Of a DNA stretch of 64,000 nt, positions 1-14,376 are shown one piece after another. The notes under the pieces were generated by a model. It had not been told where the DNA came from. It did not search any database and saw only the letters and a list, made by a program, of their open reading frames with translations. Position 1 is the first letter of the stretch, and each line of letters begins with the position of its first letter. The position numbers and the translations under genes were made by a program. The stretch comes from the human T2T-CHM13v2.0 reference genome, Homo sapiens: assembly GCF_009914755.1 (NCBI RefSeq), contig NC_060928.1. One strand, 5' to 3'.

Positions 1-544
1 TAGCTCGCAGTAGGTGGTGGTGTCATATCCTGAAACCACACACCAGTTTCATTTTGTGCACCAGTGGCAATCAGTAGGGAGAGGCTATCACAGTCACTTT
101 TCTGAGATGGATTTTTGAGGCCCAGTTTTGGCCCAGCAGGAAAGAATGCCACAGTCTCTTAGCAATATCTTCCACGGATACCCCTTGGGGGAGTGGCAGT
201 CAGCTCCACGTATGTACAGTCTCTGTTTTAGAGGATGAATGTTAGCCAGGAGAAGAGTAGGAAAAAGACAGGTTTCTCGCAGAGGGGCCAGCGTGAGCAA
301 AGACACAGAGGAAATAAGGGCTTGACATGGGTGGGGGGCGGGCTGCTACAAATGATTGGGCGTGGCTGGGACAGGAGAGGTGAGCCTGGAGCGCTGTTCA
401 GGGATCAGGTGATGGAAGGCCTGGATACCTAGGTAAGGACTTGGGCTTTAGCCCTTAGGAGAGAAGAAGCCATTGTGATGTTGAATGGAGGATTGTCCTG
501 TGAAAGAGGTTTGAGACTAGAAACATGCTGTTTCTGCATTCTAG

Positions 545-731
545 CTATAAGCCGATAGTAGAATATATTGATGCCCAGTTCGAGGCCTACCTGCAAGAGG
601 AATTGAAGATTAAACGTTCTCTCTTCAACTACCATGACACGAGGATCCATGCCTGCCTCTACTTTATTGCCCCTACTGGACATTCACTAAAGTCCCTGGA
701 TCTGGTCACCATGAAAAAGCTGGACAGTAAG
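545..731 (+). CDS. SEPTIN11: Septin-11 internal coding exon (exon 4), GTPase domain
   Basis: ttctag|CTATAAG acceptor, AAG|gtactt donor; 187 nt; translates [62 protein letters not shown] (SEPT6-group septin). Confidence 0.97.
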
Positions 732-3665
732 GTACTTGCTGCCATTCTGATTATCATCCACTCTCCTTTTAGATCTTCTTTATCCTAATGCCCTAATTTG
801 TTCTCTGCTTTCAGTGTGATTTTTTTTTTCCTGGATTACAGGAACAGTGTTTGACAGCATGAGAAAAACGCTTCAAAACCTCTTGCCTGTTAGACAAAAA
901 TAAAATAAAACAAAACAAAACTAGCAAAAAAAAAAAAAAAAGTCAAGTTGCTTTCCAGGAAGTATTTTTAATTCTTAAATGGGAGGTTGAAATATAACTT
1001 CCAGGTTTGTTTACTTTCTTAAAAAAAAAAACTTTCTCTAAAAGGTGTTTAGAGGTTTGGTTTTAATTCAAAGTTTACAATGGAATAAAAGGTTAAATTT
1101 TTGTCTCTGTGATGATAATGGTCCAGCTTCTTCAATTTTAAAACTGAACTGCACATGTGTGTTCAAGTAAAGCAAAGTCTTAATTTCAGTGTGATCCCTG
1201 AGCTTGCCACATTTATACCTTCTCTTTTTCACAACACATGAAGGAAGAGACTGGTAAGTTTGATAAAATTTTGCACCTTACTATATATTAATTAGACTTT
1301 CCATTTTGAAATAAATAGAAGACAATACATTCTGAAATAAGGATGAAACAAATGGCAACAAGAACAACCACAAAACTAAGCTGTGGATGGTATTTACCGT
1401 TAGATTCAAAACCCCTTTTGCATTCACAGAAAAGTCTTATCAGATGATAAAGCTCTTTAGAGGACTCTGCTGGGTGTTGTTACTATGATTTTATCTAAAC
1501 AACACTGATAAAGATGCTGTCTCTCCAGAGGGACAAAACAGTGAGAGAATGCTCAGAAGATCAGCCTGTCCCCAAGGCCTCTGTCTCAACTGTCCTTTAA
1601 AGGGCTGGAGAGGCTGAAGCCAAGCCAGGCTCCTTTGGCTTCCAGCAGGCACAGACACAGTAGTTTACAGAAAAATCTTCTAATGGCCTGGAAGGATCAC
1701 TGCAGCTAGAGTACTCTTCGCAGAATAAATAGAAACCCTCCTTCATCCCATCTGATTCCTCAGCTCCCTGGGAGCTGTGCCATTAGCCATGATAGTGGAG
1801 AGATCACGGGCAGTGAGGGCCGCTTCCGGGTCTGTTGTGTCCTTGGAAGCAGGGGCAGACCTCCCTGTTCTCAAGAGTGCCCCATTCTCCACAGACATTC
1901 TGAAGGAAGTAGAGTGAGGAGGCTTCCTAATCGAGGGCTGAGTATGCAGACCCAGCCGGATAATATCCAACACTATTATTATGTTTAATAGAGTTCATTG
2001 AAAACGGAAAAGAAAAAGGCAAAACAGGCACAACTAATAAAAGCAAACAGTCAACCATAAAGCAGGTTAAACTTTCAAAGAAGTGATATTGTTGGAGAGT
2101 TGGAGAGCTAGCTAGCATCTGAAAATGATAATATCAAAGTTTTATTTATACAAGTAAAGGGAAGGGTTAAGCAAATGTATGGTCATTTCAGAAAAGACTT
2201 TCAAGTCCGGCTAGTGAGGAAAAAGAGGTTTTAAAACTAAATTGCTTGATTTCTCTATCTCCTCTGATCAATTTGGCCAAGAAAGAGTGAATCTCTGCCA
2301 TTTTGTCTATGTTGACATTAATTAAATACTAAATGTGTATCAAAGATAGCCAATAAGAACAATAGGAAGTTTCTTGTTCCTCTGGTCCTGATCCAAACAT
2401 TTCCCCCACCATCAATGATGTTTTTCTTAGTCTGCAACTTGCTGGAGGAAGCCCAAGCATGGTGAGCTTAGGAGCAGGTTGAGGAATAGGTTGAAGAATA
2501 GGTCTTTCTCTCAGCATGTCATCTCATTCGGGTTTATCAGGATTTCTAATTTGGCCTTTAGATAAAAGGAGAAGCAAAGGCATGCAGATGGGACCTGAAC
2601 ACCTCCCGAAAGACTCTCTGTTCCCTGGCTAGGACAGCTTCCTTACCGAGTCTGTTTTCTCTCACCTGAACTGGGTGAAGATCATAGTTCTATATATCGG
2701 ATGTCAGTAACGTCTTATTGAAATCTGTGTTTACAGGGATTAGGGGAAAGTTAATCTTAAAATGCGAATTTAAGAAATGTGTCCTGTGCACAGGGCTGGG
2801 GGCAGCCGGGGAAAGAATGTCCACATGGGGTTTGGAAGTTGTGCTCTGGGGTATCCTTGGCTCCCTTTCTGGGCTTCCTGCCACTAATGTCAAATTCTGA
2901 GTTCTCCCCTGTTCTTTGTAACTGATGCTGTGAAAGTGAGCCTTGCCTTTGGCGCTCGATTTTATTCTGGCATGAAGGAGTAATTTGATGGAATTACTGA
3001 TTTTCAAAAGAATTAGTTGGTGTGATTTTGAAAAATTTTACAGTGGGCAACACCATTTTTGTTTTGGCTAATACATAGGTTCTCCTCTCAGCAATTTTCA
3101 GGTCATCAGAAGAAAGAAAGGATGTTGGGCTGCATAGAACTGAATACTCCACTGCTCTTACAAAAACTTTGCTGTTATACTGTTAGGAGGTGCGAACTCA
3201 AGAGCCTAAAGTAGATGGGAGGGGTCTAAAAGGAGTGGTTGGTCATTCAAAGAATAAGTTCCTTTGTTATCACTATTTGTCATAGAAGAGTAACACTTCC
3301 TTTACTCTGTAAAGAAAAATGAGGTAGCATAGGAGAGGAAATTACAAGTATACTTTCAGTGCAGGATGGGAGGAAGTAAAAGTGTTTGAATATGGAACTA
3401 AAAGTTTATCTCAGGTCTTCTTAATTTTTCACCTAGGTAGAAAGTCTGATTTTCATTATCATCTCTACCCCAAAAAAAAAAAAATTGTAGGTACATAGGA
3501 GGCGTATATATTTATGGGGTACAATGAGATGTTTTGATATAAGTAGGAAACATCTTTATTTTTTACAGTAAGGTTTTGCAATTTTTATTTGTTTGCTATG
3601 TTTTATTCACTTGTCTATTTTTCTTATGTTGGAATTGTGTAAAAATGGACGTGTCTGTTTTACAG

Positions 3666-3827
3666 GTGAACATCATTCCAATAATTGCAAAAGCTGACAC
3701 CATTGCCAAGAATGAACTGCACAAATTCAAGAGTAAGATCATGAGTGAACTGGTCAGCAATGGGGTCCAGATATATCAGTTTCCCACTGATGAAGAAACG
3801 GTGGCAGAGATTAACGCAACAATGAGT
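3666..3827 (+). CDS. SEPTIN11: Septin-11 coding exon 5 (G4 AKAD motif)
   Basis: ttacag|GTGAAC and ATGAGT|gtaagt; 162 nt; [54 protein letters not shown]. Confidence 0.97.
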
Positions 3828-5288
3828 GTAAGTCCTCAAGTCAAATGGGAACAAGTGATTTTTATGAACGCCTGTCTTAGTAGCAGCATTGTAGAGTGGC
3901 TGGAGCACTGGACTGACTAGGAACCTGATGACTTCAGCTGTAGTCCAGCTTTGCCACCACTTCAAGTCATTTAACCAGTCTGCTCCTCCGTTTCTCCATC
4001 TGTCAAATGGGAGCTTTAGACAAGATGATCTCAAATTTCCTTCCCACTCTAACAGTTACGATTTCTACAGCAAATCTTGTGAGAAGGAAATGCCAGCCCA
4101 GTACCATTTCATAAAAAGCAGCTCAAAGGAAATAGATCTGTGCTTGTTTCTACCAATCTTGGCAGAAATACATTAGCTTGTCCCAATTTTGCTTTGGTGA
4201 TTGGATCCTGCCCTTCCCTCCTTTCTATTTTCCCTATACTTTTCTAATCATTAGGTAAACTGGCAGTTGAGGATACAATTTCCACATCACAGAGAGGAAC
4301 TAGTCAGGTGATAAATGATTAAAGTGACAGTGGTTCCCTGTGTGATTGTGATGTAATCCCTCCTGGTGAGTCTCCATCCTGCCGGTTGATGCTCAAGTCT
4401 GTTTCACTACTCTTTTGTGTGTCTCACAGCCCATAGCTCAGCTGTGAGCTGCAATGACTCTGCACATCTTTTTTTCCCTTTGGGAATGCATAACATCCAT
4501 GAAAGCCACATGCTTTGCATATAGTGGAGGCCCAGTGATGGTTGTTGGAATTCAAAGTAGTAAAGGCTCTAGAATTGTTGGAAGAATCTGGAAAGCAGAT
4601 TCTTCCCAGGAAATAGGCATGATGGGGTGTGAAAGGAAGGTTGCCACAAGGGAAAATGGCTAGACTTGTGCAAAAGAATGAATGGACAAAAGATCACCAA
4701 GGGGTTTTGGTCCCATTACGAAGTGAGTGTTTAACTAGTAGAGCCACTGAGATGGAAGATACACCTTACTTCTTGGGAAGTAGTGAGTTCCCATCGCCAG
4801 TGGTTTGTAGATAACAGACCCTGTTTCAGTCCACTTGGAAGAGATACTGTAGCAGGAATTCTTAAGCAGGATTGAACGTATAATAAGCAAGATCTCTTCC
4901 ACCTCTAAAATTCTCTGGTTGTGGGTATTGAGAGCTACATAATAATAATAGCACCTGACATTTTTCACATTTCTGGAGCATTTACTATGCACCAGGAACT
5001 GTTCAAGACTTTCCATTTAATCCTCACAACAGTTGCATAGGTAGGTGCTGTTATTATTCCTCCCTCATATATGAGGAGACTGCAGCACAGCACCTAAGAT
5101 TGCATGGCTGTGGGTAGTGGAGGTAGAATTGGAACCCAGGCTTTGGCTGTCAGGCTACACTCTCACCCTGTGTACTACCGCCCGAGCAGAGCAGTGTACC
5201 ATCAGCCTCGGCATCCATGGATTTCACCAACCATGGACCAAAGATATTTGGAAAAAAAAAATGCAACAATAAAAACAATAATACAAAA

Positions 5289-5441
5289 TATATATATATA
5301 TGTGTATATATATAGCATATATATATATTTTGTATTATTGTTTTTATAATATATATAGCATATATATTATATATGCTAAAATATATATATAGCATATATA
5401 TACACACACATATATATATATACACACATATATATATATAT

Positions 5442-5501
<60 letters not shown>
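5289..5501. repeat. (TA)n/(CA)n compound microsatellite with palindrome
   Basis: seen directly. Confidence 0.9.
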
Positions 5502-5636
5502 GGCCAGGCACAGTGGCTCATACCTGTAATCCCAGCACTTTGGAAGGCCGAGGAGGGAGGATCACTTGAGGCCAGGGGCTCAAGACCAGCCTGGTCAACA
5601 TAGCAAGAAAATAAAAAATAAATTCTACAAAAAAAA
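5502..5636 (+). mobile_element. Alu left monomer (FLAM/AluJ-like)
   Basis: ggccaggcacagtggctcatacctgtaatcccagc plus A-rich tail. Confidence 0.85.
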
Positions 5637-6810
5637 TTTTTTTAAATAGAGTATAATAACTATTTATATAGTGTTTACATTGTCTTAGATATTATAAGTA
5701 ATTTAGAGATGATTTAAAGTATACAGGAGGATGTGCATAGGTTATTTGTAAATACTATACCATTTTATATCAGAGATTTGAGCACCTGCAGATTTCAGTG
5801 TCCATGGACAGTCCTGGAACCGGTACCCTGTGGATACTGCAGGAGGTCTGTACTTTTTTATAGGAAGGTCAAAATCTCAAACTGAGATGGCACTCCTTTA
5901 TTCTGCTGTAGAACTGTAATTTGGGATGTCAGTGTGGGATTCAGGAAGTATCATGAATGACTGCTATGTAATTTTTCTTTATATTCCTATCCTTCTAGAT
6001 AATTTTTCATTATTTTCTAGTCATGGAACTATATCTTTGTTAAACTTATTGGAAATAAAATACCCAAGAATTTTTGCTCTCTTTCTCTCTTTATCAGATT
6101 AATAGAACTGAATCTCTGACATTCCAAATTAATCCTGCTCTTTAAAGAAATTTTCTTTTAGGCTCTTCATTACAAACTATTCTTGCTGATCAAATTCCAC
6201 GTAATGTCTGAGGAAAACAGATTCCACTGGCAGTTGCTTTTGTTACATTTGAGTGGAGAAATTTCCTTGGTCATTACACCAAAATATTGACCAGAAAGGT
6301 CCTGTTGCTCCTCAACTTCAGGGGAAACAATAGGGTTCAGGTCTGAAACTCAGACTTGTTTGAGAAAGATAATGTGCTTTCTTTCCTTCTTAGGGTGTGA
6401 GATGAACTAGAACATTTCAATATCTTGAGCGTCCAACAAAATGCTACTTGGGCAATCTGAGCCAATGATTATGCCAAGTTCTCTGTAGGAGAGGAATTGG
6501 CTTGAAAACTTTATCTTCTTTCTCAGTGTATCTATGGTGGAAGAACACTGGATCAAGAAACTCTAAATAATAATTCTTGGAGCAGCTATTTCAAATCTTA
6601 TTCTTACATGCTAATAGAAAAAAGATAGGATTATTATTTCCTCCCTCACTCAGAATGCAGTGATAACTACCAAATAAACCAATGTGAAAGAGTCAGTTGT
6701 CTTGGACACCATCTCTACTTCAGATAAATCTGGGTGCATAGCTTGAGCCAGTAATTTGGGCTAAAGTGTGTTTCGGACTTAGAAATTTGTGCAATAGTCA
6801 ACTGTCTAAA

Positions 6811-7750
<940 letters not shown>

Positions 7751-7992
7751 CTTAAGCTTACTTTATAGTTGCAAAGACTCATACACTTTTCCCTTGAATC
7801 TAGCTCGTGTCTCATACTCAGTGTTTGGTTATAAGGGGGGTGGGATACGTGACATCCACCCACCAAACTGCAGCCTGCTTTTCCCTTGTCACCAAGTAGA
7901 GGCCTGCAGAAGGAGGGAGAAGATAGAGACTGGTGGAAACCAGTCTGTCAGAGCAGGGGAAAGTAACTATTCTCTGTCCTTTTGCTTGGCAG

Positions 7993-8089
7993 GTCCATCT
8001 CCCATTTGCAGTGGTTGGCAGCACCGAAGAGGTGAAGATTGGCAACAAGATGGCAAAGGCCAGGCAGTACCCCTGGGGTGTGGTGCAGG
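7993..8089 (+). CDS. SEPTIN11: Septin-11 coding exon 6
   Basis: tggcag|GTCCAT and GCAGG|gtatgt; 97 nt; [32 protein letters not shown] (start of septin unique element). Confidence 0.97.
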
Positions 8090-9329
8090 GTATGTGCACA
8101 GCATGGGAGATGGAGTCTTCATATTTAGCCCCTATGTGAATGGCCGTGTTTGTTCATTTTCCGTCTTGTTTAGGGAGGCCCTCAACAGTGGGCTGGCAGT
8201 GGGAGGGAGTGGTGGGGCTCCACATGTGACAATCGTGGAGGTGAGGAAGAAAGAAAAAGTAATCAGCTAGGTAGACAATGGAGAGACATGGCTGCCAAGC
8301 CCTTGAGGTAACCCCTCAAGGATGCTGGGTTGTGTAGGGAATTAATATAAAGTCCTGATTGAAAAATAGTTCTTCCCTAGGAGTTGGAGCTCGTTTCATC
8401 AGCCAAGTATTAAAAAGCAGCAAAAAGTTTCTTGCAAACAAGAGGGTACTTTTTTCTCCATCAACTATGCAAAAAATGTCTTCTAATAAAATGTTATCTT
8501 AGTAAATCTGAGACTTAGGAGAATATTTGATCTATATTTGGCACTGTGGGACATGGCCACAGTCTAACCTGAAAGCTTGTCACGTGTGTCACTTTGAATG
8601 ACAAGGACTCTATGACCTACTCTTATGTTCTGAAGGAGGACATCCAGTGCTATGGATTAAGCAGGATGGCTAAAGAAAGTTCTTCGCTGGTTTAAGATGT
8701 ATCAGACCTCCTTTTCCTCTGTTTTGAATAAAGGCAATAAAGCTGTGAGAAGAAACAGTACCTTTGAGATCCCTGGGAAAAATACAATTTTTCTTACTCT
8801 TACTAATTTCTCTACAATAAGAAAACTCCTTTCTTCCTAGTGTTGTTGATAAAATTAAATGAAGTGGTATGTAAAAGTGGCCCTGCACAGTTATAGACAG
8901 CATGGAGTGGTACAAATACATCTGGCTTTGGGCCAGATGTTCTGGCATTTGAATCTAGACCCTGCTACCTCTCTTTGGGAGGTCAGCTTGCTCACCAAGC
9001 TCCTGCGTCTGCAAAGCAAGAGTCATGACATCTAGTTGGCAGAGTTATTATGAAGGGTAAAGACAATATTTGTTTTCAAGCTCCTCCCTCTGTGCTCTGT
9101 GCTGAGTAGGCACTCAGCAGTCAGCGTTGTCATCAGTATTATGGTCAATGTTGTCAGAAATCTTGTCTTCGTCAGGAATGTAAGGTGAATCCAGTAAAGG
9201 ATCTTCAGATGGTCTTGAGACCCCAGAGATTTCAGGAGTGATGGTAATAACATCTTGGAAGCATCACTGCAGATATTTCAGTGACATCATTGCTAATCCC
9301 ACTTCCGCCATTTCCCCCCTCTCTTGTAG

Positions 9330-9498
9330 TTGAGAATGAAAATCATTGCGATTTTGTGAAACTTCGAGAGATGCTGATCCGCGTGAACATGGAGGACTTG
9401 CGAGAGCAGACTCACACCCGCCACTATGAATTGTACCGACGCTGTAAGCTTGAAGAGATGGGGTTCAAGGACACTGACCCTGACAGCAAACCCTTCAG
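9330..9498 (+). CDS. SEPTIN11: Septin-11 coding exon 7
   Basis: ttgtag|TTGAG and TTCAG|gtatga; 169 nt; [55 protein letters not shown]; frame continuous with exon 6. Confidence 0.97.
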
Positions 9499-9619
9499 GT
9501 ATGAAGGCATCTAGCAATCAGGTGTCTCCCAGACAGTGGCGAGAGTGGCATGGTGGTACATCACAGAAATGCTTGCTGGATTGAGATGGTGATGATGGAA
9601 GGATCTGGTGGGTGAAGAT

Positions 9620-9830
9620 TAATACATATGTTGTCAGGCATTGTGATAATTGCTTTATTTGCATTATCTCAACTAACTTACCTAGTTGATGTCATTATTA
9701 TCCACATTTTACAGATGAGGAAACAAAGGCACTGAAAGTGTAAACAAACTGCCCAAGGTCCTCCAAGTAGTAAACAATGGTGTGGTGTTGAGCTCTTGCC
9801 ATCTGGGTCCTGAGCCCAGGTTTCTGCCAG
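9620..9830 (-). mobile_element. MIR fragment
   Basis: attattatccacattttacagatgaggaaacaaaggcactga MIR core. Confidence 0.65.
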
Positions 9831-10294
9831 TTCTCTTGCAGAGGTGCAGAGCCTGGTCGATATATTTACAAAGGTGCGGCTGCTGATTACAGTTTGCCCC
9901 ATTCATTTTTGCCAAACACCTTTAACTTCCGGAGGCTCTTCCTTTGTCAAGCACTTTTACTATTAGCTTTCAGTGGTTCGGTAAAATTCTAACAACAAAG
10001 AATCAGGAGGAAAGGAGAATAGCTTTTAGGAGATCTATGTATTTTCTTATATCACTGACGGGTGGAGACGCAAAATGTGAAGGGGAGAAATGGATGTAGA
10101 ATTAATATCCTAGCCGAAGCCCAGACCCCGTCAGAATCCAGTGGTAGGGATAGGGCTGGCAAGGCTGGGGTGCTGTTGCCCACACCGTAGTGAGTCATGG
10201 GGTGGTTCTGGGTAAAGTTGTGGGGTGAGGCTGCCAGGCCAGGTTCACCACCTCCTGGTCGAGGAGAGGATTGTCCAGATGGTGCCCAAGCAGT

Positions 10295-10402
10295 TTTCTT
10301 TCTTTTTTTTTGTTTGAGACGGAGCCTTGCTCTGTCACCAGGCTGGAGTGCCTCGGCCTCCCAAAGTGCTGGGATTACAGGCGTGAGCCACCGCGCCTGG
10401 CC
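10295..10402 (-). mobile_element. Internally deleted Alu
   Basis: Alu 3' end fused to 5' end; TSD cccaagc(a/t)gttt. Confidence 0.85.
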
Positions 10403-11244
10403 CCCAAGCTGTTTCTTAATGGGGATTTGAATTCAGGTGGTGTGAGGTGTGTCTGGGCTCTGTGCCTTTACAAACTGAGGGCCATAGTTCCTTGGGGAAA
10501 AAAAACCTGTCTTTCTCCTCTTTGGCCTACAACACACTCTGATGTCTACAAGCTGGCTGACAATAGAACCGGAGGCAGCCTGTGCACAGCAGATTCTGTC
10601 CCCGTGGGTCTGTAGGAGGGAGTTTATTTTCTTGCAATTGCTTTAGAGATAGTTTAGGAATGCCTGGGCTTGTCGCCTGGCACTGTGCTGCTGAGGAGTT
10701 CCATGAGCATGTGTGTATGCAGTGAGAACAAATGCAGAACCCAGACAAGGGGCATACCAAGAAGTTAACTTCTAGCCAAGATTGCATCATTCACTTCTGC
10801 CCTGACGGCTTGCAAAACTGACCATCTCCAACCATGTGAAAGTCATGTTCTGAGGCGAGGTGTAGGACACCTTTTTGTGTACACAGGTTTAGCTAATTGA
10901 ACCTTGAAATGCATTTACCAGAAAATAATCCTTACAAAATCAAGTCCACTTTATGGTTACTAAACCTGATGAAATGGTTTCTGTGTGGGAAAGGCCGTCT
11001 TCAGTATTACATAAAATATTTGTTTTCATGCAAAGAGATATGGAACAAAAGGAACTGCCATAAAATTGAATTCATTTTCCCCTCACCTTCATTCAAATCC
11101 AGACAGTGTTGAAGAGCACTGGGCTAGGAGTCAGGAGTTTGGGTTCAGTTCTTGGTCCTGCTACGCTACAAGTTCTTAACCCATCTGGGCCTGAGTTTCT
11201 TCATCTGTGAAATGAGGAGCTGATCCAGATCAGGGAATAATTAG

Positions 11245-11472
11245 ATCCAGTAAAAAAAAATTTTTTTCCATACTGGGTTAGACAGTAAATATTTTAGGTT
11301 CTGCAGGCCAAACGGTCTCTGTCACAACTATTCAGTTCTGCCCTTGTCGTCCGAAAGCAGCCATAGACCATATTGTAAATGAATGGGCATGGCTGTGTTC
11401 CGGTAAAACTTCATTTACAAAAACAGATGGGGGGCCAGATTTGGTCCTCAGGCTGTAGTTTCCCAACCCCTA
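11245..11472. mobile_element. MER58A-like hAT MITE
   Basis: gtaaatattttagg...gtctctgtcacaactattcagttctgcc...aaagcagccatagac...gggcatggctgtgttcc. Confidence 0.75.
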
Positions 11473-12094
11473 GACGAGATCATAACTTGGAGCCTGTGAA
11501 CTGCCTGCAAAAGTTAGAATGCATGTGACTGCTTCTTGAGTTTGTTAGAGGTCATTTACCTCCCAAAGTGTTTTACTTCTCAAAATGTTCAGAGCCATTT
11601 GGCATAGTTGTGTTTCTTTCAACTCAGGAATCTGTGGAATTTGAAGAGTCTATGATGCTATCCTTAGCTATCTACACCACCAGGAAGGGCCCAGTGGCCT
11701 AAGTTTGCCACTTAGGTCTTTCCACCATCTTGACTGGGTTCCTTAGGATCCCTGGGAGCCTGGGGATTGTGAGGATTTCCTGCTGCTGCAGACGCACAGC
11801 CTGCTAAGTTGTCTGTGTGGCCAGCATTTTAATTAAGGCATTTCCTGCAAGCCCAGAGTAACTGCCCACCAGGAGGAGGTGGAGCTGGGTAGGCCCAGCA
11901 GGGCTTCTGCAAGGGACAGCTGCTGGGCAAGCCCACTGCTTTGTTCTCCCTGTTTCAGGGGCTTCAGGATTGGTGAGGGATATCACCGAGGCTGCCTGAC
12001 GCTTAGAGAGCATGCTTTATCCATGTCTCCCCTCCCCACTTGGATCCATTTCCCCTGGCCTGAGTTTTGCTTTTGATGATGAAAAGGGAAAATG

Positions 12095-12236
12095 TATACA
12101 CACACACACACACACACACACAATATATATATAAAATAATATATATTAATTATATCATATATTACTAATATATGATATAATTATATAATAATATATAATA
12201 TATACACATATAATATATATACACACACATATATAT
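12095..12236. repeat. (CA)n and AT-rich low-complexity repeat
   Basis: seen directly. Confidence 0.85.
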
Positions 12237-14073
12237 TACCAAGGCCTTTACTTTTTTCCATATATAAGAAAATTAGAAAAAAGTGGACCTTCTAAAAATA
12301 AATACCTTCCAACATCTCGATAACTGGAACCAGGTTTTCCATTTCAACTGGAAACAATTTCTCCTCTTAGACCACTCATTCAAACTCTGATGTCCCTCCT
12401 GGTTTAGGGAAGATTACTTGGTACCAAAAGTTGGCTTTGAATCACATGTCTTGGTAAATAGTGATAAGAAATGAATTTGATTTTCCTTTTCTTGGAAACC
12501 ACTACTTTTAAAAGGGCTCGGCCTTTCCCTTTGAAGAATTTCGGGCACCCTCAGCACTTCCTGTGCACCTGAGCGGGAGGAATGGAGTGAGGTGACTCTG
12601 TTTGAAGGATGACAGAGTTAAGGAAAAGCAGAAGCCACAGTTGATTGAAGTGATTTTCCAGAATTTCATCTGCAAAGTCACCATTCCTGGATGTGCTTGG
12701 AAGATGGATCTTCCGTGTGAATTTAGGCTGAGCTTGGAGGAGTATAAATCAAGGGCTTAAGGTTTTATTATATTCTCAAAGCACAGGATTTCTGCATGGG
12801 TGTGCAGTGAAGTTCATCCTTCCCAGTGAGCACCCTTGTTCACCTTTTGTCCTCTGGGCCCCACTTGTGTTTACAGTACATGTTTGTAAAACAGAGAGTG
12901 ACCTCTAACGCCAAGTCTAGTAAGAGGCAGTGCCACTGTGTATGTTACACAGTGTGAGGCAAAAGGAGGAGTAGCGCGCGCACAGAAACGCCGTATTCAA
13001 GCCTTGGCAGCACACCACGGCAGTAAAGCTAGCGGAGCCCGTCCCTGGGGTGCCTTTAAACCCGCCTGCATTCACACTTGCGTCTTTATTGTCTTGTGGC
13101 AGAATATGTATATAACCAGACATTCATCTGCTCTTTCCCAAGCCCATCTTTATCCGCCCCCTGTGCATGCCCGGCTGCTGCCCTGAAGCCTTGAAACTCA
13201 TGCGTCTACCACCCAGAGCACCCATGCTTCCCTGGACCCAGGCGTCTCCTTCCTCCAGACCCCAGCCCCTTTCTGGCTGGCATTATAGGGTAGAAGAGGA
13301 GACGTCACGTGTCTCCCATGAGCCACTCCCTGCTTCCTTTCTCCTGAGAGGCCACAGCGCTTTTCCTAACAGTACCTGCCCAAGCTGCTCCCATCTCACC
13401 TCAGAACACCACCGTCTCCTTGCTTCACCCCCGTTCAACTCACACGAAGCACTCAGTTACCACCATTTTCTCAGAGGCCAACGAGGTCCAGGCCCCAGAG
13501 ACTCACTTGTTTTTAGGAGTGCCTGGGCCTCTGTACACCAGCCATGCAGTGCAGGAGATGGAGTTCTTATCTGAGCAAGGCAGCCTGGTCTCAGTCCTGG
13601 CTCTGTTACTTCTTTGTGGTGTGACCTGGTCAAATTACCTGTGTGTCCAAGTTTCCCCATCTATAAAGTGGGAGGTGATAGTAATGGCTACCTTATTGGG
13701 TTGTTGTAAGGATTAAATGAATTCACATGTGTATTGCTCCACTCCACAAAAGCTGGTGGAGATGATCATACTCTGGCCTGCCCTCCACTAGATGCTTTTA
13801 GATAAGAACAGAGAGAGAATCGTGCTGTGTGAATCACCAGAATGAAGGATGAACTGAAGTGTCTGTGTTCGTTCTCTCTTCCTTTGACTTCAACAAGCAA
13901 AACCTGCCTCTCCCAAGGGCTGTTAAGAGGAAATATAAGATAAAATCCTCAATTTCAAATCAATCTAAAATCTTGTGAAAAAGGTACACATTTCTCACTT
14001 AGAAAAGGGTATTAATAACTGTAATTAAAAATTAAGTTTGAAGAACTAAAAGTTGCAAAAGATACCACTAAAG

Positions 14074-14376
14074 GGATGCATGCAGTGGCTCACACCTGAA
14101 ATCCCAGCACTCCGGGAGGCTGAGGTAGGAGGATCACCTGAGCTCAGGAATTTAAGACCAGCCTGGGCAACATAGGGAGACTTCATCTCAACAAAAAATT
14201 TTAAAAAAAATTAGCTGGGCATGGTGGCACATGCTTGTGTTTGGTCCCAACTACTCGAAAAGCTGAAGTGGGAAGATCGCTTGAGCCCAGGAGTTCGAGC
14301 GTATGGTGAGCTATGATCCTGCTCCTGCACTCCAGCCTGGGTGAGACAGTAGGAACCTGTCTCAAAAAAAAAAAAA
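14074..14376 (+). mobile_element. AluJ-like element
   Basis: diverged dimeric Alu with poly(A). Confidence 0.9.

Larger units (their letters stand above)
5192..5852. mobile_element. MER2-like Tigger-family MITE interrupted by a (TA)n tract and an Alu monomer
   Basis: gatgatttaaagtatacaggaggatgtgcataggtta...gtcctggaacc...ggatac resembles MER2. Confidence 0.7.

Noticed and set aside
5150-5603. YI-repeat ORFs
   Set aside because: Translation of the (TA)n microsatellite
7794-8270. 158 aa ORF overlapping SEPTIN11 exon 6
   Set aside because: Alternative frame running through intron sequence, TTG start, no recognisable domain
13167-13716. 135 aa and 98 aa ORFs in SEPTIN11 intron 7
   Set aside because: GC-rich intron plus MIR; no homology recognised and no convincing splice structure
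13781-13800. Partial CTCF-like ccactagatg
   Set aside because: Lacks the 3' GC part of the motif
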